Below are positions 11,262-18,681 of a DNA stretch of 41,649 nucleotides, one piece after another. The stretch's first letter is position 1. Every line of letters begins with the position of its first letter. The notes beneath the pieces were generated by a model. It was not told the DNA's origin. It saw only the letters and a list, made by a program, of their open reading frames with translations, and did not search any database. This DNA is from a virus (lineage: Duplodnaviria > Heunggongvirae > Uroviricota > Caudoviricetes): IMG/VR virus record IMGVR_UViG_2660238349_000007; one strand, written 5' to 3'. The translations under genes were made by a program, and so were the position numbers.

Positions 11262-11407
11262 ACTGTGGTCCTCGCTACAAGGAGAATGAAAGTGATGATC
11301 AGACCGAGCGCAGTGGCAACGGCCAGACCGGTCATCAAATCGAAGTTTTTACGGCGATAACGGAGAACATCGCGCCCCGTCAGTCGATAGAGGTGTTCAG
11401 GTTTCAT
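11258..11407 (-). CDS. Small single-pass membrane protein (49 aa, absent from the ORF track)
   Basis: Manual translation: [49 protein letters not shown]; hydrophobic C-terminal helix; stop overlaps the downstream start. Confidence 0.35.
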   Translation of the reverse strand: MKPEHLYRLTGRDVLRYRRKNFDLMTGLAVATALGLIITFILLVARTTV

Positions 11408-11523
11408 CGGTTGTATTCCTTTTTTCATATCGGGGAGCGCGCTGTTGCGAGTGCGCTTTCAGACATAAAAAAGCCCGTCACTTGCGGCGGGCAAAGACTA
11501 CACACAGCAATTACATGGATGAT

Positions 11524-11718
11524 TCAGTTGGTATTGTGCGTACGTGGTACCACAAGGTTGAAGCGGACACGCCAGTGCGTTGCAATGGTATGCAGGAAAG
11601 CACCACATCCAGGGCAGTGCTCATAACATTCGTTGATTTGGTATCGTTTTGGCTTTGGTGTCTGAAGCTGTGTTTGGCAAGCAGGGCATTCACCTTTGAG
11701 CGGTTTATACGTTTTCAC
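11524..11718 (-). CDS. Small zinc-ribbon protein
   Basis: 64-aa ORF with GTG start and AGGAA RBS; CPAC…(20 aa)…CPGC four-Cys motif. Confidence 0.4.
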   Translation of the reverse strand: MKTYKPLKGECPACQTQLQTPKPKRYQINECYEHCPGCGAFLHTIATHWRVRFNLVVPRTHNTN

Positions 11719-12040
11719 GCCGTTTCCTCATTCAGTTCACTTTGGTGGTTCGGCAGCTTCGACTTGTATCAGTAGACAGTGCTTCGCCGCACCCCAAAGG
11801 GAACTTACTGACCCGTATTGCCGACATCCTGTCCCGCCACGGTCCCGACGCATGGTTTAGAGTCGCGCCGTTCGACTTGTGGCTAAAGATACAATTTGAG
11901 TTGTATTGTGTAAACCACAAATGTGGTATTTTGTGGGGTGTGAATACTACTTTATTGATATTTAAGTGAATTTAATTTGTAAGACTTTACAAATGGGGTA
12001 AGGGAGGCTGTTACGCCTCCCGATATTTACGGTGGGAATA

Positions 12041-12664
12041 CTAACGTTTACGGCGGTAAATACGGTGTTCGATCATTACACCTATGATCTGTAAGTTCAT
12101 ATCTGCACTACGAAAAATAGGGTAATCAGGATTTAGGGGGATTAATTCAAAGTCGTCGATGCCGATTCCTAATGGACGGTATTTTTTAAATGTAGCTTCG
12201 TGACCGTCGTTTTTGGCGACAACAAACTCCCCTGGTGCAGGACATAGATCAGGATCGATGATAACAATGTCTCCTTCTTTAAACTCTGGTTGCATGCTGT
12301 CGCCATCGATACGTAATGCGAAGCATGTTTCTGGAATGTCAGAGTCTGCCAAAATATATTCAAATTCCCCTGTCAGATCTGTTATGTCTCTTGCTTCTGT
12401 AAGCTCTCCTGCCTGAACGTAACTTAATATAGGTATGCGTCTGGTACTTATCTCCGCGAGAGGCATAATATTTTTACCGTTCAGTAGCCAGTCTGGGCTA
12501 CATTTCAAGGCCTTAGCCAGATCCAGAAGATTGCGTGGCTTTCTGGTTCGTCCACTTTCGATGGATTCTATGGATTGTTGGCTAACCCCTGCAGAATTCG
12601 CTACTTCCACTTGAGTCATTCCTAATTCCAAACGACGTGCTTTAAAACGGGCTGCGAGAGACAT
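12041..12664 (-). CDS. cI: CI-like repressor (HTH-XRE plus S24 LexA-like peptidase domain)
   Basis: N-terminal HTH (LGMTQVEVANSAGVSQQSIESIESG); C-terminal autocleavage domain with catalytic Ser/Lys context (GDSMQPEF…KKY); start trimmed to MSLAARF. Confidence 0.85.
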   Translation of the reverse strand: MSLAARFKARRLELGMTQVEVANSAGVSQQSIESIESGRTRKPRNLLDLAKALKCSPDWLLNGKNIMPLAEISTRRIPILSYVQAGELTEARDITDLTGEFEYILADSDIPETCFALRIDGDSMQPEFKEGDIVIIDPDLCPAPGEFVVAKNDGHEATFKKYRPLGIGIDDFELIPLNPDYPIFRSADMNLQIIGVMIEHRIYRRKR

Positions 12665-12784
12665 GGGATTAGTCCTTCTGGGTTGTATTAATGTGTATCT
12701 CCACATTAAAAACAATTTTTGTTGTATTTGACAAACCTCGTTTGTTGTTGCTAAATACCACTAAAATTGTATGAGGTGAAAGCA
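12665..12784. promoter_or_regulatory. Divergent immunity control region (PRM/PR-like) with operator palindromes
   Basis: Intergenic between divergent cI and cro; perfect palindrome TTAATGTG-tatctc-CACATTAA at 12688-12709; repeated GTTGTATT; TTGACA at 12728-12733. Confidence 0.5.
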
Positions 12785-12997
12785 ATGACCTTAGCGACCC
12801 GAGTAAAAGAACGACGTAAAGAACTCAAAATGACGCAAGTTACGTTGGCTGAGCTCACAGGAGTGAGCCAGCAGGCAATAAACAGAATTGAAAGTGGTGT
12901 TATTGCTCGGCCACGTTATCTTCTTGAAATGTCTATAGCATTGGATTGCGACCCTAATTGGCTGTTGTATGGCTCACAAAACGATAAAAAGGCTTAA
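12785..12997 (+). CDS. cro: Cro-like HTH-XRE regulator
   Basis: 70-aa HTH protein (MTQVTLAELTGVSQQAINRIESG) divergent from cI; GAGGTG RBS 6 nt upstream of ATG 12785. Confidence 0.65.
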   Translation: MTLATRVKERRKELKMTQVTLAELTGVSQQAINRIESGVIARPRYLLEMSIALDCDPNWLLYGSQNDKKA

Positions 12998-13000
12998 CCC

Positions 13001-15193
13001 ATGTCCGATAGCAAACCATGGGGAGCTACGCCTGATGAGTGGTTTCATTTCGACCTGGTATTGGGGAGAACTGATCATCTTCTGCCAGTTGTATGTAACC
13101 CCGGTGCGACCATATCCCCTGATAGTAAACTGAAAGCGTTGGGTAAGACGCCGAGTCGCTATAACCGGGACCGCCAGGTCACCGGTATTGCTCAATGGAC
13201 CGGGCATGTTGTTACTGAGCATGATTTTGCCCGCTGGTCGAATGAACCGGATTATGGCATCTGCGTGCGTACAGGCCATGGCTGGCTGGCGCTGGACTGT
13301 GATAGCGAAGATGAAGACATTCAGGCAGATATTCGTAAAACGCTTGTGCAACTTCTGGGTGAGTTGCCGCCACGACGCTGGCGAGCAAACAGTAATAAGT
13401 GTCTGTATCTGCTGGCCGTTGATGGTGATTTCCGTAAGCGTATCCATCGCCTGGCGGGGGATATGGGCATTATCGAGTTGCTGGCGAACGGGCAGCAGTT
13501 CGTTGCCTGCGGTACGCACAGCAGCGGCGCGCGTATTGAATGGGACGGCGGTTTGCCGGATGAACCTCCGGCTATTACTGGTGAGCAGCTTGAAACGCTG
13601 TGGCAGCGCCTGGCTGAACAACTCCCTGTGTCGGTAACCACCGAAGCGGGCAACACGAAGATGCGCGACCGATCAGCATTCACGCCCGGCGCGACGGATG
13701 ATACAGCTGAATATCTTGATGCCAATGGCTGGACGCTGCTGGATGGTGCAAATGGTGAACGATATATCCGCTGTCCGTTTGAAGACGGCCACAGTAGCGG
13801 GGGCGATCCAACAAGCACAGTTTATTTTCCTGCGGGAACCGCGGGCTTTGAGCAGGGGCATTTTAAATGCCTGCATGCCAGTTGTGCGCATCGTGATGAC
13901 GGAGATTTCCTTAATGCCATCGGGATCCGCAACGACGATTTCGAAGATCTGACCAGCACCGAAGTGGCGGAACCTTTACCGCTGCCTGCTTTCGAGCGTG
14001 ATAAATGGGGGCGTATCGAGGCAACCATCAGCAACGCAGCCAAAGCAGTAGTACGCCCTGATTTTGTGGACATCGATATTCGCTTTGACCTGTTCCGCGA
14101 CGAAATCATGTTTGCCCCGGCAGGATCCGGACAATGGCGGGCATTCACCGATGCGGATTATGCGCGCCTGCGCATCACGATGGAAAAGCGGGGATTTAAA
14201 CCTGTTGGCCGTGAACTTATTCGCGATGTGGTGTTACTTGCAGCCGATGAACAACCATTCGATTCAGCGATCGCCTGGCTGAACGGACTGGAGTGGGATG
14301 GGGTGCCGCGCATCGAATGTTTCTACCATACGCACTTCGGTACCGCCGACACGCCTTATACCCGTGCGGTGTCTATGTACATGTGGACCGCGTTGGCGGG
14401 GCGAGTACTGGAGCCAGGCATCAAAGCGGATATGGTGCCGATCCTCGTTGGTCCGCAGGGCTGCGGTAAGTCTTCCGGAGTGGAGGCACTGAGCCCTGAT
14501 CCTGCGTTTTTTACTGAAATCTCTTTTGCCGAAAAAGACGATGATCTCGCTCGAAAAATGCGTGGTCGGCTGGTGGCAGAGATTGGTGAACTGCGCGGAC
14601 TTAATACCAAAGAGCTGGAGTCAATCAAAGCGTTTGTGACGCGTACTCACGAAAACTGGATCCCGAAATACCGGGAGTTCGCCACCCAGTTTCCTCGTCG
14701 CCTGGTGTTCGTTGGTACCACCAATGAGGACGAATTCCTTGCGGACAAGACTGGTAACCGTCGCTGGCTCCCCGTGGAAGTGTCGAAAGTCGACGTGAAA
14801 GCGATAAAAAGAGATCTCCTTTTACTTTGGGCTGAGGCTCGTGAGGTGTTTCAGCGTCTGGGGGGTATCCAGTTCCGTGAGGCTGAACAACTGGCAGCGA
14901 GTGTCCATGAACAGTACACCATCAAGGATGCTTGGCTTGAAACGGTAGAGAAATGGCTCGACACGCCAGACCTGATGACTAATGAACTTCCGCGAAATTG
15001 CGAATTTTTACGCGCAAGTGATGTTTTGCGTGATGCGATTGGGCTAAATCCTGACCGCATCGGAAAACGCGAAGAAATGCGAATTAGTAATGTTTTGCAA
15101 AATTGCGGGTATAAGCGTGCCCAAAGGCGAATTGGGGGGAAAATGACTCGAATTTTTGAGGCGGTGTCCCAACCTGTACCAGCCTCAAAATAG
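13001..15193 (+). CDS. Primase-helicase (primase/polymerase N-domain plus D5/VirE-type P-loop NTPase)
   Basis: 730-aa ORF; Walker A GPQGCGKSS, Walker B-like RLVFVGTTNE; N-terminal acidic primase-like motifs (LALDCDSEDED). Confidence 0.75.
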   Translation: MSDSKPWGATPDEWFHFDLVLGRTDHLLPVVCNPGATISPDSKLKALGKTPSRYNRDRQVTGIAQWTGHVVTEHDFARWSNEPDYGICVRTGHGWLALDCDSEDEDIQADIRKTLVQLLGELPPRRWRANSNKCLYLLAVDGDFRKRIHRLAGDMGIIELLANGQQFVACGTHSSGARIEWDGGLPDEPPAITGEQLETLWQRLAEQLPVSVTTEAGNTKMRDRSAFTPGATDDTAEYLDANGWTLLDGANGERYIRCPFEDGHSSGGDPTSTVYFPAGTAGFEQGHFKCLHASCAHRDDGDFLNAIGIRNDDFEDLTSTEVAEPLPLPAFERDKWGRIEATISNAAKAVVRPDFVDIDIRFDLFRDEIMFAPAGSGQWRAFTDADYARLRITMEKRGFKPVGRELIRDVVLLAADEQPFDSAIAWLNGLEWDGVPRIECFYHTHFGTADTPYTRAVSMYMWTALAGRVLEPGIKADMVPILVGPQGCGKSSGVEALSPDPAFFTEISFAEKDDDLARKMRGRLVAEIGELRGLNTKELESIKAFVTRTHENWIPKYREFATQFPRRLVFVGTTNEDEFLADKTGNRRWLPVEVSKVDVKAIKRDLLLLWAEAREVFQRLGGIQFREAEQLAASVHEQYTIKDAWLETVEKWLDTPDLMTNELPRNCEFLRASDVLRDAIGLNPDRIGKREEMRISNVLQNCGYKRAQRRIGGKMTRIFEAVSQPVPASK

Positions 15194-15346
15194 AGGTTGG
15201 TACATTTTAACTAATTGAATTTAAAGGTCAGTACCAACTGTACCATCTGTACCAACCTAATTACTAAGAACCCCATATATATGTATAAGTCGCTTGGGGA
15301 AAAGGTTTGAAAAGAGCTGGTACAGGTGGGTACAGGTTGGTACAGG
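15172..15346. repeat. Iteron array (TGGTACAG motif, inverted and direct copies); candidate replication origin
   Basis: TGTACCA at 15175, 15230, 15239, 15248 (about 9-bp spacing) and GGTACAG at 15319, 15329, 15339 (10-bp spacing), flanking an AT-rich core with CCCCATATATATG. Confidence 0.55.
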
Positions 15347-15474
15347 CCGAACAAGGAATTTTTTGCACATAACAGCGTGTAATAAGCGAATCGGAACTGC
15401 GTTATCCACACCCACGGATAAACAGACGTGGTTCTCAGAAAATTTTTTCGTAGCAAAACGTAGAGGTCAGAGCT

Positions 15475-15897
15475 ATGCGTAATATTCAACAGGTTTTAGA
15501 GCGCTGGGGTGGCTGGGCAGCGAGTGAAGGTGGTAGCGTCTACTTTCCTCCTGTTGCAGCCGGGTTTAAGAATCTGCTACCCGCGACGCAGTCTGGAAGG
15601 CTGAAATGCAGTGACAATGACGGTCTTATCATCAACTCCGCTATGAGCTGCCTGAAGAAAAAAGATCCGTATCTGTGCACGCTCCTTGAGTGGCATTACG
15701 TCCAGGCCATGCCCGTGCGGGCGATGGGTGAGAAGCTCGGCGTATCTCACACCCACGTTCTGAAGAGGCTTCAGGCGGCAGAGGGATTTATTGACGGTTG
15801 CTTAGCCATGCTGGATGTGGTGCTCGAAATGGATCAGTCGGTTCAGTCAAAGCCTCAGGCTATCAGGACTTTGCGTAGGAGCTGCTCGGCGGCATAA
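15475..15897 (+). CDS. Q: Late-gene antiterminator Q-like protein
   Basis: 140-aa ORF resembling Q/QuuD-type antiterminators as recalled (MR.IQ.VLERWG.WAA…, Cys pairs); sits upstream of the lysis cassette. Confidence 0.6.
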   Translation: MRNIQQVLERWGGWAASEGGSVYFPPVAAGFKNLLPATQSGRLKCSDNDGLIINSAMSCLKKKDPYLCTLLEWHYVQAMPVRAMGEKLGVSHTHVLKRLQAAEGFIDGCLAMLDVVLEMDQSVQSKPQAIRTLRRSCSAA

Positions 15898-15928
15898 TAT
15901 CCAGCAATCAATCACGTAAGGGAACCAG

Positions 15929-16270
15929 ATGGCTCTGATCAGCGTTCGCAACAGATTTGAAAGCTTCATGGAACAGAGGTACCCAGACCTGTCGTTGCAG
16001 GTCAAAGGTAATATTAGCGCATCAATGAAGGCTCAACTTGGCATCAGGATTGAACGAGAATTGTACAGTGAAGATGTTACTTACTGTGATTCAGCAGTTC
16101 AGTTGATGTGGACACTCTTTCAGGCAGGTGTTCTGGCCGAACGAAGAGCTACCAGCGTTACGCTTCCTGCGCTGAAGGCAAAGCCGGATAGCTTCTACGA
16201 TGCGGGTTATAACGAAGGTATTCAGGACTGTCGTAAACATCTGACGGCATCAGGCATCAAGGTAAGATAA
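15929..16270 (+). CDS. Hypothetical protein
   Basis: 113-aa ORF with AAGGGA RBS between Q and the late-promoter/terminator region. Confidence 0.45.
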   Translation: MALISVRNRFESFMEQRYPDLSLQVKGNISASMKAQLGIRIERELYSEDVTYCDSAVQLMWTLFQAGVLAERRATSVTLPALKAKPDSFYDAGYNEGIQDCRKHLTASGIKVR

Positions 16271-16337
16271 AAAATAGTTGTGGAATTCCAAAAAGCCGAT
16301 TAGCCTGATATCCGTTGAAAACAGTTCATCACGAAGA

Positions 16338-16361
16338 GGCTTCCGCAAGGGGGCCTTTTTT
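16338..16361 (+). terminator. Candidate intrinsic terminator (GNRA-type loop plus T6)
   Basis: GGCTTCC-gcaa-GGGGGCC stem-loop (two G-U pairs) followed by TTTTTT. Confidence 0.4.
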
Positions 16362-16589
16362 ATTGCCCCATTCTGGGGAAAAGTTAATAAAACAGGGCTT
16401 TCGCTGCGAAAAAACGCTATGCAGTTTTTGCCCTTTTTTATGCACCTTTTATTCACTCGAATTTCGTCATTCTGGACCACTTAAGTTGATTAAATAGGCC
16501 TTTCATCGCAAATCTATTGCGAGCGGTGATCGTGTGGTTCCTATAACGTACATTATGTTAAATAACTTCCTTTTTTAACAAATTTAACA

Positions 16590-16614
16590 AGGTTCGCTAT
16601 GGCGAACTTTTTTT
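16590..16614 (+). terminator. Intrinsic terminator, tR'-like, ahead of the lysis genes
   Basis: GTTCGC-tatg-GCGAAC perfect hairpin followed by TTTTTTT. Confidence 0.6.
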
Positions 16615-16715
16615 GTATTCAGGGCCCACCGAAGGACGGCTCATAACCCAATCCTACGGGCGTATACGCAGGGCCCGCCTTTCAACAACACCCCGTAATG
16701 GCGGAGGTGGGAAGT

Positions 16716-17057
16716 ATGAAAATGCACAATGCTCCTCATTCCTGGCCTGACTTACTGGAACTCTTACAAAGTTGGTGGCGTGGAGATACGCCGTTGGGCG
16801 CAGTGGTTATGTCAATTGTTATGGCTGGCTTGCGCATTGCCTATTTTGGCGGTGGCGGCGGCTGGAAACGAAAAACGCTTGAGATTTTGCTCTGTGGTGC
16901 TCTGACGCTGACCTTTGCATCCGCTCTTGAGTATGTTGGATGGCCTAAATCTCTTTCTGTTGCCATTGGTGGTGGTGTTGGGCTGATCGGTGTCGATGCT
17001 ATTCGTGGGGCTGCAATGCGAGTAATCGGTAACAAGTTTGGTGGCTCTAAGGAGTAA
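16716..17057 (+). CDS. Holin, class I with three transmembrane segments and dual Met-Lys-Met start
   Basis: Three hydrophobic segments; GGAGGTG RBS 7 nt upstream; MKM dual-start motif as in lambda S107/S105; the track start at 16698 is probably untranslated. Confidence 0.7.
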   Translation: MKMHNAPHSWPDLLELLQSWWRGDTPLGAVVMSIVMAGLRIAYFGGGGGWKRKTLEILLCGALTLTFASALEYVGWPKSLSVAIGGGVGLIGVDAIRGAAMRVIGNKFGGSKE

Positions 17058-17060
17058 TTC

Positions 17061-17537
17061 ATGCAGACACTAAATTCCCAACGTAAAGCTTTCCTGGATA
17101 TGGTGGCATGGTCAGAAGGAACGGATAACGGGCGACAACCGACACGTAATCACGGTTATGACGTTATCGTCGGAGGTGAGTTGTTCACTGATTACTCCGA
17201 TCACCCTCGCAAACTTGTCACGCTAAACCCGAAGCTTAAATCAACAGCTGCAGGCCGGTATCAACTTCTTTCACGCTGGTGGGATGCCTACCGCAAGCAG
17301 CTTGGCCTGAAAGATTTTTCGCCAGAAAGTCAGGACGCTGTGGCGCTGCAGCAGATTAAAGAGCGTGGCGCTTTACCGATGATTGACCGTGGCGATATTC
17401 GTCAGGCAATCGACCGTTGCAGCAATATCTGGGCGTCGTTACCTGGTGCAGGTTACGGTCAGTATGAACATAAAATCGGTGACCTGATTTCCAGGTTTAA
17501 AGATGCTGGTGGGGTGGTAAATGAAGCTGACTTATAA
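17061..17537 (+). CDS. R: Endolysin, lambda R-type lytic transglycosylase
   Basis: 158-aa protein nearly collinear with lambda R as recalled (QRKAFLDMLAWSEGTDNGRQ…NHGYDVIVGGELFTDYSDHPR…). Confidence 0.9.
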   Translation: MQTLNSQRKAFLDMVAWSEGTDNGRQPTRNHGYDVIVGGELFTDYSDHPRKLVTLNPKLKSTAAGRYQLLSRWWDAYRKQLGLKDFSPESQDAVALQQIKERGALPMIDRGDIRQAIDRCSNIWASLPGAGYGQYEHKIGDLISRFKDAGGVVNEADL

Positions 17538-18045
17538 GATTGTCATCGCGGCATTTTTCTTCTCTGCCTTTGGGGCGCTCGTCTGGTCTGCAAACCATTA
17601 CCACAGCAAGTATCGGGCAGAAAAGTTGCGGGCTGATAAAGCGGAAGGTGAAGCTGAATATCAAGGGAAAGTGATAGCTAATCAGGCATTAAACTTCAAT
17701 CGCTTTAACCAGATAGCAGAAAACGCAAGCCGATTAAATTCTCTGGTCGACATCGGTCACGAGAAGACAGTCATCAAATACCGTGAGGTTCTGCTCCGTG
17801 AAAAGAACTGTGATTTCCCTGTTCCTGTTGATATTGCTGTCGGGGTGCTCAACTACGCGAACCGTTTACGTGCCAGCGCATTGCACGCCGATTCCGGGGA
17901 CATTGACTCAGCCGGTGATCGTGCCACTACCACCAGAACGTTGACATATTGCCAGGCTGTTCTGTGGATTAACCCACTGTTGGCAGCCATCGAGAAGGCG
18001 AATAACCAGTTGGCTGGTGTCCGACAAGTAGAACAGTCCCGGTAA
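17521..18045 (+). CDS. Rz: i-spanin (Rz-like)
   Basis: 174-aa ORF after the endolysin with N-terminal TM anchor (IVIAAFFFSAFGALVW) and a helical periplasmic domain. Confidence 0.7.
   Translation: MKLTYKIVIAAFFFSAFGALVWSANHYHSKYRAEKLRADKAEGEAEYQGKVIANQALNFNRFNQIAENASRLNSLVDIGHEKTVIKYREVLLREKNCDFPVPVDIAVGVLNYANRLRASALHADSGDIDSAGDRATTTRTLTYCQAVLWINPLLAAIEKANNQLAGVRQVEQSR
17798..17944 (+). CDS. Rz1: o-spanin (Rz1-like lipoprotein) embedded in the +1 frame of Rz
   Basis: Manual translation from GTG 17798 (GAGG 9 nt upstream): MKRTVISLFLLILLSGCSTTRTVYVPAHCTPIPGTLTQPVIVPLPPER; lipobox LLSGC and Pro-rich mature part. Confidence 0.65.
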   Translation: MKRTVISLFLLILLSGCSTTRTVYVPAHCTPIPGTLTQPVIVPLPPER

Positions 18046-18106
18046 TAGCATTACAGAAGCTCTTCCAGGAGGGGCTTCGATAATGACCTGATAACTGGAA
18101 AATAAA

Positions 18107-18679
18107 ATGACTAAGAAGCTGAAAGCAAAACACGAGGTGTTTTGTCGCGAGTTTCTTGTCGATCTGAATGCTACACAAGCAGCTATTCGCGCAGGCTACG
18201 CCTCCAGGCGAGCACATGTTACGGGGGCTGAACTATACGGTAAACCTGAGATACGCGCCCGCATCAACGAGCTAAAGCAGGAGCGTATTGATCAACTGGG
18301 CATTGATGCGAATTATGTGCTGATGCGACTGGTTGAGATCGACAGGCTCGATGTGGCTGACATCCTGGAGGACGATTTAAGTATTAAGCCTCTGTCTGCG
18401 TGGCCGGAATCGTGGCGTCGGTACCTGAGTGGATTTAACCTCGCTGAAATGTTTGAGGGGCGAGGAGATGACAGAGAAATGGTCGGGATCCTTAAAAAGA
18501 TTAAGTGGCCTGATAAGGTTAAAAACCTTGAGTTGCTTGGGCGTCATGTTTCTGTTCAGGCGTTTAAAGACAACGTCAAAAATGAAGTGACTGGCGCTGA
18601 TGGAGGACCAGTCAGAACAGAAATTACCAACTTAACGCCGGAGCAGGCTGCAGAGGCGTATAGAAAAATGATGGGCTAA
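18107..18679 (+). CDS. Terminase small subunit
   Basis: 190-aa ORF upstream of the large terminase; N-terminal motif ([22 protein letters not shown]) typical of P27-family small terminases. Confidence 0.7.
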   Translation: MTKKLKAKHEVFCREFLVDLNATQAAIRAGYASRRAHVTGAELYGKPEIRARINELKQERIDQLGIDANYVLMRLVEIDRLDVADILEDDLSIKPLSAWPESWRRYLSGFNLAEMFEGRGDDREMVGILKKIKWPDKVKNLELLGRHVSVQAFKDNVKNEVTGADGGPVRTEITNLTPEQAAEAYRKMMG

Positions 18680-18681
18680 GT

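Noticed and set aside
11840-11900. tRNA-like GTTCGA motif
   Set aside because: No acceptor stem, anticodon arm or overall cloverleaf can be drawn around it; the motif alone is insufficient.
12767-12784. TTG-initiated extension of the Cro-like ORF (MYEVKA…)
   Set aside because: An ATG at 12785 has a properly spaced GAGGTG RBS; the extension would run into the promoter region.
12974-13621. 215-aa minus-strand ORF and further ORFs (13188-13637, 13321-13818, 13822-14148) inside the primase-helicase gene
   Set aside because: Antisense or alternative-frame shadows of a GC-rich gene with clear primase and P-loop motifs in the annotated frame.
15172-15346. Short tandem repeats that could be mistaken for a CRISPR array
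   Set aside because: Repeat units are only 7-10 bp at 9-10 bp periodicity, present in both orientations with no spacer-like unique segments; this fits iterons, not CRISPR.
16698-16715. Upstream ATG giving an N-terminally extended holin (MAEVGS…)
   Set aside because: The Shine-Dalgarno GGAGGTG lies inside this extension and is correctly spaced for the ATG at 16716; the extension is probably untranslated.
17969-18217. 82-aa minus-strand ORF spanning the Rz/terminase junction
   Set aside because: Antisense to the spanin 3' end and the terminase small subunit 5' end; no start signals.
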